Part shown: one piece after another, positions 37,511-50,290 of the stretch | Numbering within the stretch: the first letter of the stretch is position 1 | Layout of the letters: every line of letters starts with the position of its first letter | Assembly: GCF_963921235.1 (NCBI RefSeq) | Contig: NC_086097.1 | Span: 143,532,001 to 143,596,000, forward strand | Reading direction: 5' to 3' | Length of the DNA: 64,000 nucleotides | Source: Mobula hypostoma | Taxonomy: Eukaryota | Made by a program: the position numbers and the translations under genes | Notes under the pieces: model-generated | What the model was told of the DNA's origin: nothing | The model's database searches: none | Seen by the model: only the letters and a program-made list of their open reading frames with translations

Positions 37511-38275
37511 CTGGTATGAAAATTGATGCACAGAGGGAGGGCTGGAAGTCTTTCACAGGTGAAGGGGAAAGAGTTAAAGTTTCTTGTCAATGAACGTTAA
37601 AATGATCTTAAAGATGATCGTTTGATTCCTGATCGTTATATGACCTGAGAGAATACTTGGTTTAACGGCATCAGGAAAGTTTTGAATTTAATCTGTTCTG
37701 CACCAGTTCTAGAAAACAATTATCCTCAGTTTAATCCTCCCCTTTTACAAACAAAAAGCTTTGAGAGATAATAAACCAAAGCAGAATAATTTGATTAACC
37801 AAGTGATGAATATTCACTGTCTAAGGCCTTACTTTTTTTTGCCATGCTCAGCTTTCTAAACACAGCAGCTGATACTCCTGTAGATCAAAGTCTTGTTTTT
37901 CAGTAAGTTAAACTTCTTTGTTTAGCTTCTTGTCATAAATGGGTGCTAGTCTTGTTAATGTAAATGTGAAGCAGTAAGTAGCCTGAAGTTAAAAGAACAG
38001 CTTTGCAAAGATGTGCTGCCTATAGCTTAGACTTGCTAACCCTTAGCATGAGGCTAACTGTTCAAGCGATGCAGTATAAGGCAATAGGGTTCTGTTAATA
38101 GGGCTTGAATCAAACCAGACAATGCTAGCTAGGTTATTTAGTTCAGGGGGGCTTGCAGAACAGACTGATACAATCACTTAGCACAGCAAATAACTGATTT
38201 ATTTATTAGTTAAAGGTTTGTGTGCTCAGAGCATCTGCTCACAGCATTAATTTTGGGTACCTGGGAGGTGTGTCT

Positions 38276-38375
38276 TGTGTGCGTGTGCGTGTGTGTGTGT
38301 ACGTGTGTGTGTACGTGTGCGTGTGCGTGTGTGTGTGCGTGTGTGTGTGCGTGTGTGTGTGTGTGTGTATATATA
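38276..38375. repeat. (TG/CG)n alternating purine-pyrimidine microsatellite
   Basis: Seen directly. Confidence 0.95.
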
Positions 38376-39394
38376 AAGTTACCCAAATCGCAGAGATCAG
38401 TATAAATGAGGAGAGCAGTGATGCTTATTAAGAATGGTAAGGGATATCAAGAAGAATGCCAGAAAGACTGGGTGAACTAGAATCTATTCTTCTGCCTTCA
38501 ATTCTGTGACAAACAGTTTGTTTATCTGCAACTCATTGGTATGTCACTTTAGCTAACAGGAATTGTACCTGTGTTTGGGAAATCCTTTGTGTTTTAGAAA
38601 TGGTTTGTAATTTGGAAATCTTAAGATAGAAATCCACTGTAAGTTTTAAGTGTGTCTTAAGAATTTTGTTTGAATTTAAACTTGTATCACTAAAAATAAA
38701 TGAACTGTATTTAAACCACTTTGTTAGCTGGAAGCATCTCCTCCTTGGTAGGGAGGGGGACCCACTGCTCAAATTGTGGGTATTGGCAGCTAAACTCACC
38801 ACAGAGGATAAACAGGGAAGTGAGTTAGCTTTTGAAAATTTGGTGGTTGCAGTATAACTCCCTTTAGTGAGGGTACTCATAGCTATCTACATTGGATAGG
38901 GGTTAAGCTCTTTGTTTGAGCTTAGAAGTTTGCGGTCAGCAACCCTAATACCATCACAACAGCAGCTAGATAGGCCAAATATTCATTTTTTTACGAAGCC
39001 ACATGATTTTATGTAACTTTAGAACTAATCAGAGAAGAGTATCTGATTTACAGCAAAGCAATCAGTACTGTTAGTCAGAAGGTTACGTGAGCCTTGGAAG
39101 TGTTGGTCCAGGGGACTGTAAATGCCCGAGGTGGCACTCTCTGAGTGACAGAAGACTCGCAAGAGTGAGCTTGCAGACAAGTTAATAGCTAAAGAGGTGA
39201 GCATGGATGACGCACAATCTAATGGGGAACTTGCTTCTTTGTCTGTTATTAATATTAATTGTAGGCTGAAATTCATTGGAAAGCACTTATGCAAATATCT
39301 CCCCATTGAATAGATTTGCTGAAAAGCTGATCTCTGATTCACTTTAGTGAAATTGGATGTTAAATTTGAAATTTCTGGCTTGAAATTCAGCTAT

Positions 39395-39700
39395 TTATTT
39401 ACTTACTTATTTAGAGATAGGCACTTCCAGCCCTTTGAACTGCACCGGCCCATGACCCCTGTCAGCTCTGATTTAACCCTTAAACCTAATCGCGGGACTA
39501 CAGTATTTACAATGACCGATTAATCTACCCAGTACATCATTGGACTGTAAGCAGAAGCCTGAGGACCTGGAGAAAACCTGGAGCATTCCACGGGGAGGAC
39601 CCACACGGACCCCCTATGGAGGACGCTGGGACAGATCTCCAAACTCCGAAGACCTGAGCTGTAATAGCGTCACGTGAACTGCCACGCTAGGGTGTCGCCC
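39395..39700 (-). mobile_element. V-SINE-like element
   Basis: TTGGACTGTAAGCAGAAGCCTGAGGACCTGGAGAAAACC is the reverse of the V-domain. The (TTTA)n run at about 39395 corresponds to the tail. Confidence 0.5.
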
Positions 39701-39984
39701 AGTTTCGTGTTTATATTAACATGACTCAGAATTCAGCTGGGAGAACAAAGGATGCATGGAAGCCTTGACCTTGGCTCACACAGTGACCTCTGATTCAGGG
39801 GCTGTTAGTTCACCTCCCTCATGTGGAGCTGAATATGCCTTTGATACTGACACCTCTGTGATGCTCCATTGCAGGGATTTACTTGGAAAGCAGAAGCTCC
39901 ATATTCTCAGATGGAGATAAGAGACCCCACGGTTCAGGCACCAGCTTTAAAACCATCCTACTGGAAGAAATACGGCAGCCTGCT

Positions 39985-40312
39985 TATGTAGTGGTTAATG
40001 CAATGCTTTACAGTGCCAGTGATCAGATGAGTGGTGTTCAAATCCCGCTGCTGTCTACAAAGGTTTTGTATTTTCTTCCTTTGACTGCGAGGGTTTCCTC
40101 TCTGGGTGGTCCAATTGCCTGCTACATTCCAAAGACATGCAGGTTAGGGTAAGTAAGTTGTGGGCATGTTATGTTGGCGCAGGAAGCATGGTGAAACGTG
40201 GAGGCTGCCCCAAGCACATCCTTGGACTGTGTTGGTCATTGACGCAAACAGCACATCTCACTGTATATTTTGATATCTCGATGTATCTGTGACAAATAAA
40301 GCTAATCTAATC
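39985..40312 (+). mobile_element. V-SINE-like element with AATAAAGCTAATCT(AATCT) tail
   Basis: tRNA-like head GTAGTGGTTAATGC..GTTCAAATCCCGC, then the V-domain. The tail is shared in reverse with about 2075-2540 and 54250-54410. Confidence 0.6.
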
Positions 40313-40370
40313 TAAAAAGGTTGCTGAGAGAATGGTAGGTAATGTTCTTAAATAAAAATAGCAAGAACTA

Positions 40371-41047
40371 CAGTGGCGCTAGAAAGTTTGTGAACCCGGT
40401 AGAATTTTCTATATTTCTGCATAAATATGACCTAAAATGTGGTCAGATCTTCACATAAGTCATAAAAGTAGATAAAGAGAACCCAGTTAAAGAAATAACA
40501 CAAAAAATATTATGCTGTACTGAATTTCCTCCATTTATAGATGACAACTCTTACTGTGGACTGATGAACACTCGGGTCTTTAGAAATGCTTTTGTAACCT
40601 TTTCCAGCTTCATGCATCTCTACAATTCTTCTTCTAAGGTCCCCTGAAAGGTGTTTTGACCGAGGCATCATGCACATAAACAGATCTTTCTTGAGGAGAG
40701 CAGGCTCTGTCAGTAACCTGACTTTGTGTGTCTTTTTTATAGGGCAGGGCACCTCTACAGCCCACATCGCCAATCTCATCTCATTGATTGGAACACCTGA
40801 AGCCAAATAGCTTTTGTAGAAAGCGTTATCCCAGAGGTTCACATACTTTTTCCAAGCGATGCACGTAATATTAGATTATTTTTCTCAATAAATTAATGAA
40901 CAATTATAATGTTCTTGTGTTATTTATTTAATTGGGTTCTCTTCATCTAATTTTAGGATTTATGTGAAGATCTGATCACTTTTTAGGTAATATTTATGCA
41001 GAAATAGAGAAGATTCTACAGGGTTTACAAACTTTCTAGACCCATTG
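40371..41047 (-). mobile_element. Internally deleted Tc1 transposon (Sleeping Beauty/Frog Prince-like) with long TIRs
   Basis: TA|CAGTGGCGCTAGAAAGTTTGTGAACC ... GGTTTACAAACTTTCTAGACCCATTG|TA, with about 140 bp of inverted similarity. Retains the paired-like N-terminus MPRSKHLSGDLRRRIVEMHEAGKGYKSISKD.SVHQSTVR..IYKWRKF. Confidence 0.9.
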
Positions 41048-43079
41048 TACATATATTCAATTGGTCAGGAAGTATTTTAGATTTCCAGCATCTATATTTT
41101 CATTTGTTTTGGAGGTCAAGGTTTTTACAAATTTGATTTAGTTAAATTTGTGAGTATGTTCTCCATCTAACTTTGAGAATCCTTTTTAGAAAAATATTAA
41201 AGCTTTGGCACTTTTACTTTTTCACAGGTGCTGTCTGATTGTGAGAGTTGGTGAAGACTTTTAATTGAAGTTGTAGGTTTGATGTCTGAGGACAGGCTGT
41301 CACTACTGCCGGTACATTTTGTGACTGCTGTGGCTGATCACTTGCATTAGGAGGGGCCCTTTGTCTCTCTGATGAGCTGGAGCTTCACTGCCAGTGCTGA
41401 AAAGCATACTGGAAGGCACAGCATGGCCCAAAACACAGACAACTGACTATTTTAGGTTGGAGGAGGTTCTGCCCCTCCTGCTGCAACACTGCAAAATTGC
41501 TTCTTTGTTTTCTGACTTCTCTGTGGTAGAGTTCCGTGATTTTACAATTAGGAAGCTAAGAGGAAGCGTCACTTTCTAAAAGTCACCTCATCGTCTGTAA
41601 TATAGCACCATATACACCTTTATAACAGCTGAGTAGTATACAAGCACTAAGCATCTAAGTTCTTACCACAGTCACAATAGTTGAAGACTACCAGTTTAGT
41701 TAATGTGGGAAAGAGGCAGTGATTAGAGTTGTGATTTATAAAGTAATAGGGTGAACTGGGCCACAGTTAGCATGCCAATTTAGAAAGGAAAGAAATTACT
41801 TTTGGAAGGTGACCTTTATTTGTTGCCTGTTTATCTGTAAAATCATGAAAATCAATGGCACTGAAGGCTGTAAGAACCAAAAACTGAAGCTAATTAAGTT
41901 ACTTCCAGCTCTCAGTCCATAGTTTTGTAGATTCCAGCTCTTCAAATCTTCAGTTACTGTAGCTGCCTTGTTAAAATAGTGAGAGTTTCTGCCTTCACCT
42001 GACCTTTGAGCTTATGATGTGCAGATCACCACTATTTTTGGACGAAAAATGTTTTATTCATTTCAATGTAATCCTTCTGTTAATTACAGTATATTACATC
42101 AATGTCCATCTCTGCCAATGGGACAAGGTCATTTCTGTTCATACTCTTTGAACCTTTCATGATACTGAATGCTTCAACTAATTCCTGTCTCTGCTCCATT
42201 ATTATTAGAATGGATGCTGGTACCAAAACCTTCAGTTTTGTAAAATGACCATTATGTTCAGCTAAATAATCACTTTCCTTCAATGTAATTGTTAGTATTG
42301 GAAGCATTGCGAGATGTTCCAGAAGGTATTTTTATATATATAAATGCATTAAAATATTTAATTGGCTGTAAAGTGCTCTGGGAGTGACCTGAGGCCATGC
42401 AAAGTTATTATCTATAGGCTTGAGTTTTAAAGAAGCTTCTATCTGCACACGTTGTGTGTCTAAATCCACGATGCTCTAGTCTGAATTTTCACTTTTTGCC
42501 TTATTATCCTGCTCAGTCTTTCAAATAAAGTTCCACCAACAAAATGGTTTTCACCAACGGAATTCTTAGAAATGAAGTCCCCTTTATCCTGTTAATTATG
42601 GGTAAATTAGGTTTTCATTTCTAAGTATTTTGTTTGTGCAACCAAGGATCCCGTGATTTGAGCCACATGATAACAATTGAATTCATCTGCAAGCTGCTGG
42701 AACCCTTGAAGCAACAAGAGTGAACCTTCAATAACCTCCTGCTGTAAGTTTGCTAAAGGCATTGTTTTTTTATGTTAGGGTCATATGCTGTTACATGTCT
42801 TGTCATTTTATGAACCAGCAAGACTGTTTATTAAAATTAAAGCAAGTTTGCAGAACTTTCCACTCAAATGAGCATTCATCATCAAATTTGCGGAGCAGGA
42901 TGAATCTACAAATCAAAGGAAGAATACACCATTGTGCATGTGTTTCTCACTCAGGAAGACCTCATCTTCTACTGAAAGACTCCTTATTATGAGAGATGTT
43001 TCCTGTGCAGAAGGAGTCACATTTTCAGAAGATCAAAGCATCAGATGAAAGTCTAATTCTCTAGAGGGTTGTACCGGGA

Positions 43080-44520
43080 GTAACACCCTCAAGTGATGGT
43101 TTACTATTAAAGAAAAAAATGATGGAGAAATGAAAAACCTAAAGTTTCTCACATCTTGGACCCGGAGGACTCCGTAACAGGTGACAGGGTGTTAGAAAAG
43201 ATGACTGCAGAGTTAGCAAGAGGATTCATGATGATCTTTCAAGACTGCTTAGATTGTGGAAGAATGACGGATTGAAAATAGCAAAAATAACACTTCCAAT
43301 TGAAAATGTAGGGAGAGACAAAATAAAGAAGTGTTGACCTGATGGCTCAGTTTCTGTTGCTGTAAATGTTTTTGAATTGATCATTACATTTCTGGTAATG
43401 GGGCACAGATCAATCTGTGCAGTGCAACTGAGTCAGCATAGCTTAATGAAGGGAAGATTAAAGTCGACAAATGTAAAATGTTTTTCAAAGTAGCTATCAT
43501 TTTAGGTGATGGGGATTATGTTGACAATATATATGGAGATTCAAAATGTGGTTGATAAGTGTTTATGAAATGAAACAAAGACCTACAGGATGAGAGTATC
43601 ATTTCAACATTGATAACTACTGGAAAAATTCCCTCTTCTCAAATTGACCTCGTTAAAGAGTGGTTCTCACTGGTAAGGAATGAAATCTGATTGTTGATTT
43701 AACAGATCTATTTTGAGGTTATCATACTGTTACTGGTGAGGTGCCATAATGTGTTACTGGACCCTCAGCAATTCATAACCTGATTTAAAGACTTAGTCAA
43801 AAAGCAGAATGTAAATTGCCTGAATATGTTAATGACACAGAGCTGGATGAGAATGTGAACACAAAGTCTGGAAAAAAGGACGGATGAAGGAGTTGGTAAG
43901 ATGGTAGCAGATGGGGGATAATATGAACAACGTGAGCTTGTTTAGTGTAATAGGTAACAAGATCATGTAGTATGTGAGTATATAGATACCATCAAAATAT
44001 GTTGGTTTTTTTTATGCAAAGTGCTTGGAGTACAAAAGTAAGGAAGTATTTCTGAAAACAAGAGGAATTCTGCAGATGCTGGAAATTCAAGCAACATACA
44101 TCAAAGTTGCTGGTGAACGCAGCAGGCCAGGCAGCATCTATAGAAAGAGGTGCAGTCGACGTTTCAGGCCGAGACCCTGAGATTGGATAGGACTTTAGTG
44201 AGACCATGGTTTGAAGTATTATCTGCAATTTAGGTTTCCATACCTTGGGAACGATATACAGATCTTAAACTCAATACAGAACAGATCCCTTGCGAAAAAA
44301 TAACCAGACTGCTGGAGGAATTCAATGAATCAAACAGCATCGGCGAAAGCAAAGGAATGGTTGATGTTGCGAGTTGATTTCCTGCATCAGGAAAGATCCC
44401 TTGTGTAGTATATGTGTTTCCTGGATGGGTCTTGTGCGCGGTGCTTCAGGAAGCTTAGCTGAAATTTGACCATGGTTTAGAAGAATGAATGGTAATCTGA
44501 TTGGGAAATATAAAATTATA
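43080..44520 (+). mobile_element. Very old CR1 ORF2 remnants with PLE insertions at 44057-44178 and about 44300-44395
   Basis: Degenerate CR1 motifs (GPGGL..RVL, IFQDCLD, KIA..T, WQMG.N). The young PLE piece reads GGGTCTCGGCCTGAAACGTCGAC on the minus strand. Confidence 0.5.
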
Positions 44521-45531
44521 GATTATAAGAGTTGTACGGCACAGAAATGAACCCCTTGATTTATCACGTGCTTGCTTTTTACCCATCTTAGCCATACCTG
44601 ATTATAAAACTGTCATTTAAATCCTGGTCTAAATATCTCTCAAATGTAGTTGACTCCATCAATTTCTTTGGCAGTGAGTTCCAGATCAGTAACTCTATGG
44701 ACTGCGCATCATACCCTATTCCTTTCACCTTAAACCTATGTTGTTTTGTATATGATACCTGTAACATGGGATAAAGTTTCAACTATCATTTTATAATTGT
44801 TGCTCCCTCCTTCCAACTTCTTGTGGCTCATCCGGGGAAATTGAGGGGAGGTCAGAAACAAGAAGTGTGCTTGTAGGTTCCAATCAATGGTCCCTCAGAG
44901 CTTTGTAAAGCAGCAATTAATGATGTTCTGAAGGAACGACGAAGAACGATGGAAACTCCCCTCCAAGACTAGGATGGATTTGGTGGTTGTCCAGTGACCC
45001 CTGCTGGACAAGTAGGCTCAGATATAACACTACCCATGATTGAGTTGCCTCAGACATTGGTGAGGTACAGGAATATCATACCTTTGGATCTCCACCCTCA
45101 TCCTCAACCACTGACCTGTATCATGCACGTACAAAAGTCATCCTTAAAATCAATAAGGAGGATAGAGAATTGGCATGGAAACTTTATAGCCGCCTTCAGT
45201 CATTTTATTTGGTTTGGTTCAAGCCAATATATAAATGACAAGCTCAAGGTTTCTTAACTGTCATTTGTCAGAGCAACCCATTGCCTACAGTCTCTCTCAC
45301 AGAAGTCTATGCTTTGAATATTTAGCCAATTTTCCCCATAAAAGATTCAATGCCCTTTTGGGAAGAGCATTGCAAGCTGCAGTAACCCTTAGGATAAAGA
45401 GGTTTCCTTTCCATATTTGGCAATTTTATTAAATTGGTAAATCTGAACCATAGCATTTCCTCCTGCTCTTCCTCATCCTCACCTTCACTCATTGCTGACT
45501 AACGTCTGCACATATTTTTTGCTATATTCAG

Positions 45532-45637
45532 GTGGATGCAGATGATGTTATTACCAGAGACGAACAGATTTACCTGCTGCTTCATGCTAAACACAAGTGT
45601 GAACAGAAATTGAAGTCCAGGATAACTAAAGCTACTG
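45532..45637 (+). CDS. pth1r: Parathyroid hormone receptor family (class B1 GPCR), internal coding exon equivalent to PTH1R exon E1 (start of the extracellular domain)
   Basis: Translates VDADDVITRDEQIYLLLHAKHKCEQKLKSRITKAT+G, matching the PTH1R mature N-terminus (VDADDVxTxEEQIxLL...CE). Branch-like CTGACTAAC at 45495-45503, acceptor ttcag|GTG (phase 0), donor G|gtgagt (phase 1), 106 nt. Not in the ORF track. PTH1R is favoured over PTH3R by VDADD and by [12 protein letters not shown] in the next exon, but the paralogue is not certain. Confidence 0.9.
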
Positions 45638-47502
45638 GTGAGTCCTCCGGCAAAACTGACTAAGTACTGTATTTACTGTATTAAAGATCCCTAGTTGCTT
45701 CACAAGAAGGCATAGCAGAAGAGATAGTCAGTGGGGTGGAGAGGAAGTTGATTGAAAAGATTTTAAGGAATCTCAAAAGAAGGATGTGGATGAGAATTGG
45801 AGGGATGCGGTTCCAAACTTTTGTGCATGTGCAATTGAGTGCATGGCCGCTAATGATAGGGAAACAGAAGTGAAGAGGGCACCATGCCAAATTTAGAGGA
45901 GTGCAGAGTTTCTGTGTTGGGGAAAGGAAGAAATGTAAACAGCACCAATGGGTGAATTGGGATAAATACTGTGGCTTATGTGAAGTATTAATAATCACAG
46001 CAAAAAAGAAAGCAGAATGTTGGAAATATTCATCAGGTCTGGCAGCATCTGCCAAGGGAGAAACAGATTTAACATTTCAGGTCTGTGACTTTTCAGCAGA
46101 ACTTCGAAAATTTAGAATTTAACACATCCTAAGTTGCAGAAGAAGACTGAACAACATATGTGCTGTTAACGGTGCTTGACAAGGACTGTTAATTACTAAG
46201 TTTTTCAGGGGAAAATATTAATATAACAAGACGAATGAGGGTAATGGAGGAAAAAGTAGAGCTATTCGCTCTTTGAAATGTAAGCGATACAAAACACTGC
46301 AACTGTTGGAAATCTGAATAGAGAGAATACCAAGGTTGAGGTTATTGTCAGATGCACAAGTACATATATGCACATGTACAATAAAATACTTAATTACAGC
46401 AGCATCACAGGTTCAAAGGTTGATTTATTATCAAAGATTGTATGCACTGTACAATTCTGAGAATTGGCTTCTCCAGGTAGCCACAAAACATGAAAACCAT
46501 GGAGGTCGTTCAAAGAAATACATCAGCAACACCGCCCCCCCCCCCGCACAAAAAACTTACAAATTTCACCAAAATTAAATAGCACAGCAGCAGCAAGAGC
46601 ATCAACCCCCCCACCCCTCCAAGCAGTAAAGAACATCAAACCTCAACGCCCCTGCACAAAAAAACACTTATAAATCACGCAGTGGCAGCAAGAGTATCAA
46701 CCATCACCGCCCCCATGCAGGAAAGCAAATCGGCAAACTGTGAGAATATCAAACCCCAGCCCCTACAAATCGAATTGCTCAGATGACAAGAAGAAAGACT
46801 GAAACTTGATTTTTACAGAATAATGCAATATATAAAATTACTATAAATTACAAAAATTAAAGTAATTAAATCATTTATTTTCTAATTTTAGAGCATAAAG
46901 TATTTATTTTGTAATGTAGGGATTAGAGTTTTGCCAGCTAGTTCAAAAATCGAATGGTTGAAGATAACTCGCTGTTCTTGAACCCAGTGGTGTGGGACTT
47001 GAGGCTTCCTGTACCCCCTGTGCAATTTTAGCTGTGAAAAGATGGCATGGTCTGGATGTTGGGGAACTTTGATGTATGTTATCTTTTTAAATGTGGGAAT
47101 GCAATTAAGATGGTATGTGTGGGGAACAAAAAAATGATGATAAATTTACAGCTTGATGCCTTATATCACAACTAGTTTGAAGGTGAGATGTGGTTCCTGA
47201 AACATGTTGGGTTTTGAGTGTAGAGACAAAATGGTTGAAATTGGAGTGAGATGGAGAATTAAGGCTCAGGGTCTCCTTGTACAGTGAAAGGAAGTGTTCT
47301 GTAACATGGACACTCAAGTTGTTTGGTTTCTCTAATGTAGAGAAGGCAGGATGGTGAGCATTGAATGCAGAAAACTCAACTAGACAAAATACAGCTAAAT
47401 TCTTGTGTCATTTGAAAGGAGTGACAAGCTCCAGGGTGGCAGAAAGGGAAAAATTAAATAGCCAGTTGCATTTTTGACCAGACAGGATATAAAATTGAAT
47501 TG

Positions 47503-47750
47503 TTTTTCTTTCTCTCTCTCTTTCTCGCTCTCTTTCTCTCTTTCTCTCTCTCTCTCTTTCTCGCGCTCTTTCTCTCTCTCTTCTCTCTCTTTCTCGCTCT
47601 CTTTCCCTCTCTTTCTCCCTCTCTCTTTCTCCCTCTCTCTTTCTCTCTCCCTCTCTCTCTCTCTCTCCCCCTCTCTCCCCCCCTCTCCCCCCTCCCCCCC
47701 TCTCTCCCCCCTCCCCCCCTCTCTCTCCCCCCTCTCTCCCCTCCCCCCCC
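47503..47750. repeat. Almost pure polypyrimidine tract of about 250 bp, (CT)n grading into C-runs
   Basis: Seen directly. Confidence 0.95.
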
Positions 47751-48049
47751 AAACAGGTGCTGCCCAAACTGCTATTTCCGGAATTTTATTTCTGATTTTT
47801 GACAACTGCGGTCTTTTGCTTTTCAATGATCATAATGGGGGATAAAATGCCTCTTATAATAAACAGGACGAACAGAAATAGTAGGAGATGCAGCAAGTTT
47901 AAAGCCAGTAATGCTCATCAGATGGACGTGGACAAATTTAAATAGAAATGTAAAGCTATGCTGCTGGATTTTAAATGGTGAAAGTGACAATCTAGACTTA
48001 ATATAATATGAAATAGTGAAACTGAGGACTCAAAGTAATCCTGTTTGAA

Positions 48050-48520
48050 AAATATGCAGAGTGACAAGAGCTGTGGAACAGGAAAGTGAGACAAATATGT
48101 ACAGTGACAGGAACAGTGAAGTGTGCGTGTATGATGATAAAATTTGTGAAGTTATTTTGCCTGTTTGTGGGAAGTGTGAAATGCGTGATAACTAGGACAT
48201 CCAATAGTAGGTGGAAATATGAGGTGTACATGCATCTGTGGTGGTTGGAATTGTGACGTCTATGCACAGTGTAAGGTGTTAAAAGATTTGTGAGCAATTC
48301 GAGTGCACAGTGACAGGAATTGTGAGCTATGCCTGCACAAAGACAAGAAGTGTGAGAAGTGTGTCACGGTGAGTAGAGCTATAAAATGTGAATCAAAGGT
48401 GACAGGAGCTATATACAGTATGTGTACGGTGACAGGATTTAGAGAAGTTTTGCTTAATAACAAGATCTGCGAATTGCTTTTTGAAAGGTATATGTGCAAA
48501 GTTACAGGAAATTTATAAAT
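48050..48520. repeat. Decayed minisatellite, period about 30 bp
   Basis: A (CA/G)GTGACAGG-like core recurs at about 48308, 48339, 48368, 48398 and 48428, and at 48060 and 48103. Confidence 0.5.
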
Positions 48521-49974
48521 CATGCATATTCAGTCAACTTGTGCAACGTAACATAAATTTGGGCTTGGACTCGTGAAACTATGAAACACACAAATACTGA
48601 CACACATGGTGATAGATTTGTGAGTGATAGCTGGCAGTGTAAACATGTGTTCGTAGATGTGATAACACACAGCCAAACAAGGACACTCTTCAGTTATTTA
48701 TAGAACAATAGACAGCGCTTTGCCAGTTGTGACTGACTAGGGATTATTAGGCTGGGTTTTTGCCTGCTTCTGGAAAACAGCATCTATTCTAGAGTCAAAA
48801 GTTTAAGAAAAGTGAGCTGAAAGTCGACGCCTGTGCAGTCAGACGGAGTTGGGACTGGAGGGGGCAAGAACTCAGAGGAATCAGCTTGGTTTACGAGCAG
48901 GCACATTTGGCTTCAGTAGAGACATTTGGAAAGAGCAGCTGAGCTGAGGCGGAGGGAGACAAGGGCAGCCTATTGAACTCAAATCATTAAATAATGAAAT
49001 TGGCTCCAAGTTGTTTGCTTGCTGAAAGACCTCAACCTCTCGGTGATATGTAAAGGATAGCTGTGAAATATTCCACAGTTTATTATTATTTATTTTTATA
49101 AGAGGCACTGAGTGATCTTTCCCTTTTGCCAGCTTAGCAAGCCATCTCAGAGCTCGTGCTGGAGGGTGGGCAGGAGGGTATGGGCAGCTGAGGAAACCGC
49201 GGCTCTGCGTTTGGCAGGATGCCCTCACCCTTCTGACTGACACCCTGAGTCATGGCATCAAATGCTGACAAAAAGGCTCATTTGGCAGAATTGCACTACC
49301 TCCGCCACCTCTGATGGGCACAGCAGTGATATTATGAGTCTAAATATGATGTTTTAAAACATTTTTTCTAAATTATCTGTAGAATTGGTTAAGAGTAAAG
49401 CACTTATAGAATACAAAAGGATTTTGTGCTGAACGCAGTCCTTTGATATATGATTTACATGCAATTTTTATATAGTTGGGAAGGAAAAGGCTAGCTTTTC
49501 TGTCACATCTTCGTAACCTCAGGGAGCTCCGATGTTCCTGAGAGCCAATGAAATGCTTTTTGAAGTTGTATAAGAACACGTGGCAGCCACTTGAGGACTT
49601 GTACCCTCACAAACCGCGTTGGGATATCCAGTCTGATCGTTTCTTTTATTGATCATAACAGCTGTGTTCGTGTTGCTAACTTTACAATTAAAAAGAGGCC
49701 CCAGAGGCCTCAGCATTTTAACCTTCACCAGAAATAAGAAGTCATCAATGTAGATTATTAGCATATATCTGGAACAAACTTCTAATTTTAACCTGGTTTT
49801 GGATTCTTTATTATCCAAAGTTATGTGAAAAGGATAATACTCACTAACATAGAAAAATAAGGCATTTACCAAGTAGTTCTACCTTGCCGTCTTTTGGAAT
49901 GCATAATCTAGATTGAACCAGTTACATAATTCCAACATTATCAAAGACAGCTGAGGGAGTGTTTCTAAATTACA

Positions 49975-50290
49975 CCTTATGGCTACCTAATGGCTATACC
50001 CACTCATGGGGAAGGCTTTGGGAGTAAGCCTTGAGGGAAAATCGGAGCTGGAGTCTCTAAGGCAGTCCGATGTTGAGTTCAACGCTGACTAGCACCTCCT
50101 GCAGTGCTGCTGCTGCCAATCTGTATTATCGGGCTCTACCGTTCCTTTGGATTCATCAGCTGCATGGAGAGGGGAAGCCTGCTGCATGGGCAACAGCTTG
50201 CTTTCCGAATCGTACTGCCCTGGCTTGCCGATCACGCAGATGGCTGCTCGGACACAACATCCATAGTCGACCTCGACCAACGGAGGGCAT
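49975..50290 (+). mobile_element. Retroelement 3' fragment related to the tail of the SINE at 20365-20663
   Basis: Shared motifs TTCCYTTGGA..CATC..GCATGGAGAGGGGA..GCATGGGCAAC..ATCCAT. Confidence 0.5.

Noticed and set aside
38220..38431. Cys/Val-rich ORFs
   Set aside because: They are translations of the TG microsatellite.
47395..47845. ORFs of 100-143 aa rich in ER/GE or SL/PP
   Set aside because: They are translations of the (CT)n/C-run tract.
48050..48520. CRISPR-like periodic array
   Set aside because: The context is eukaryotic, and the units are degenerate and contiguous with no repeat-spacer structure or cas genes.
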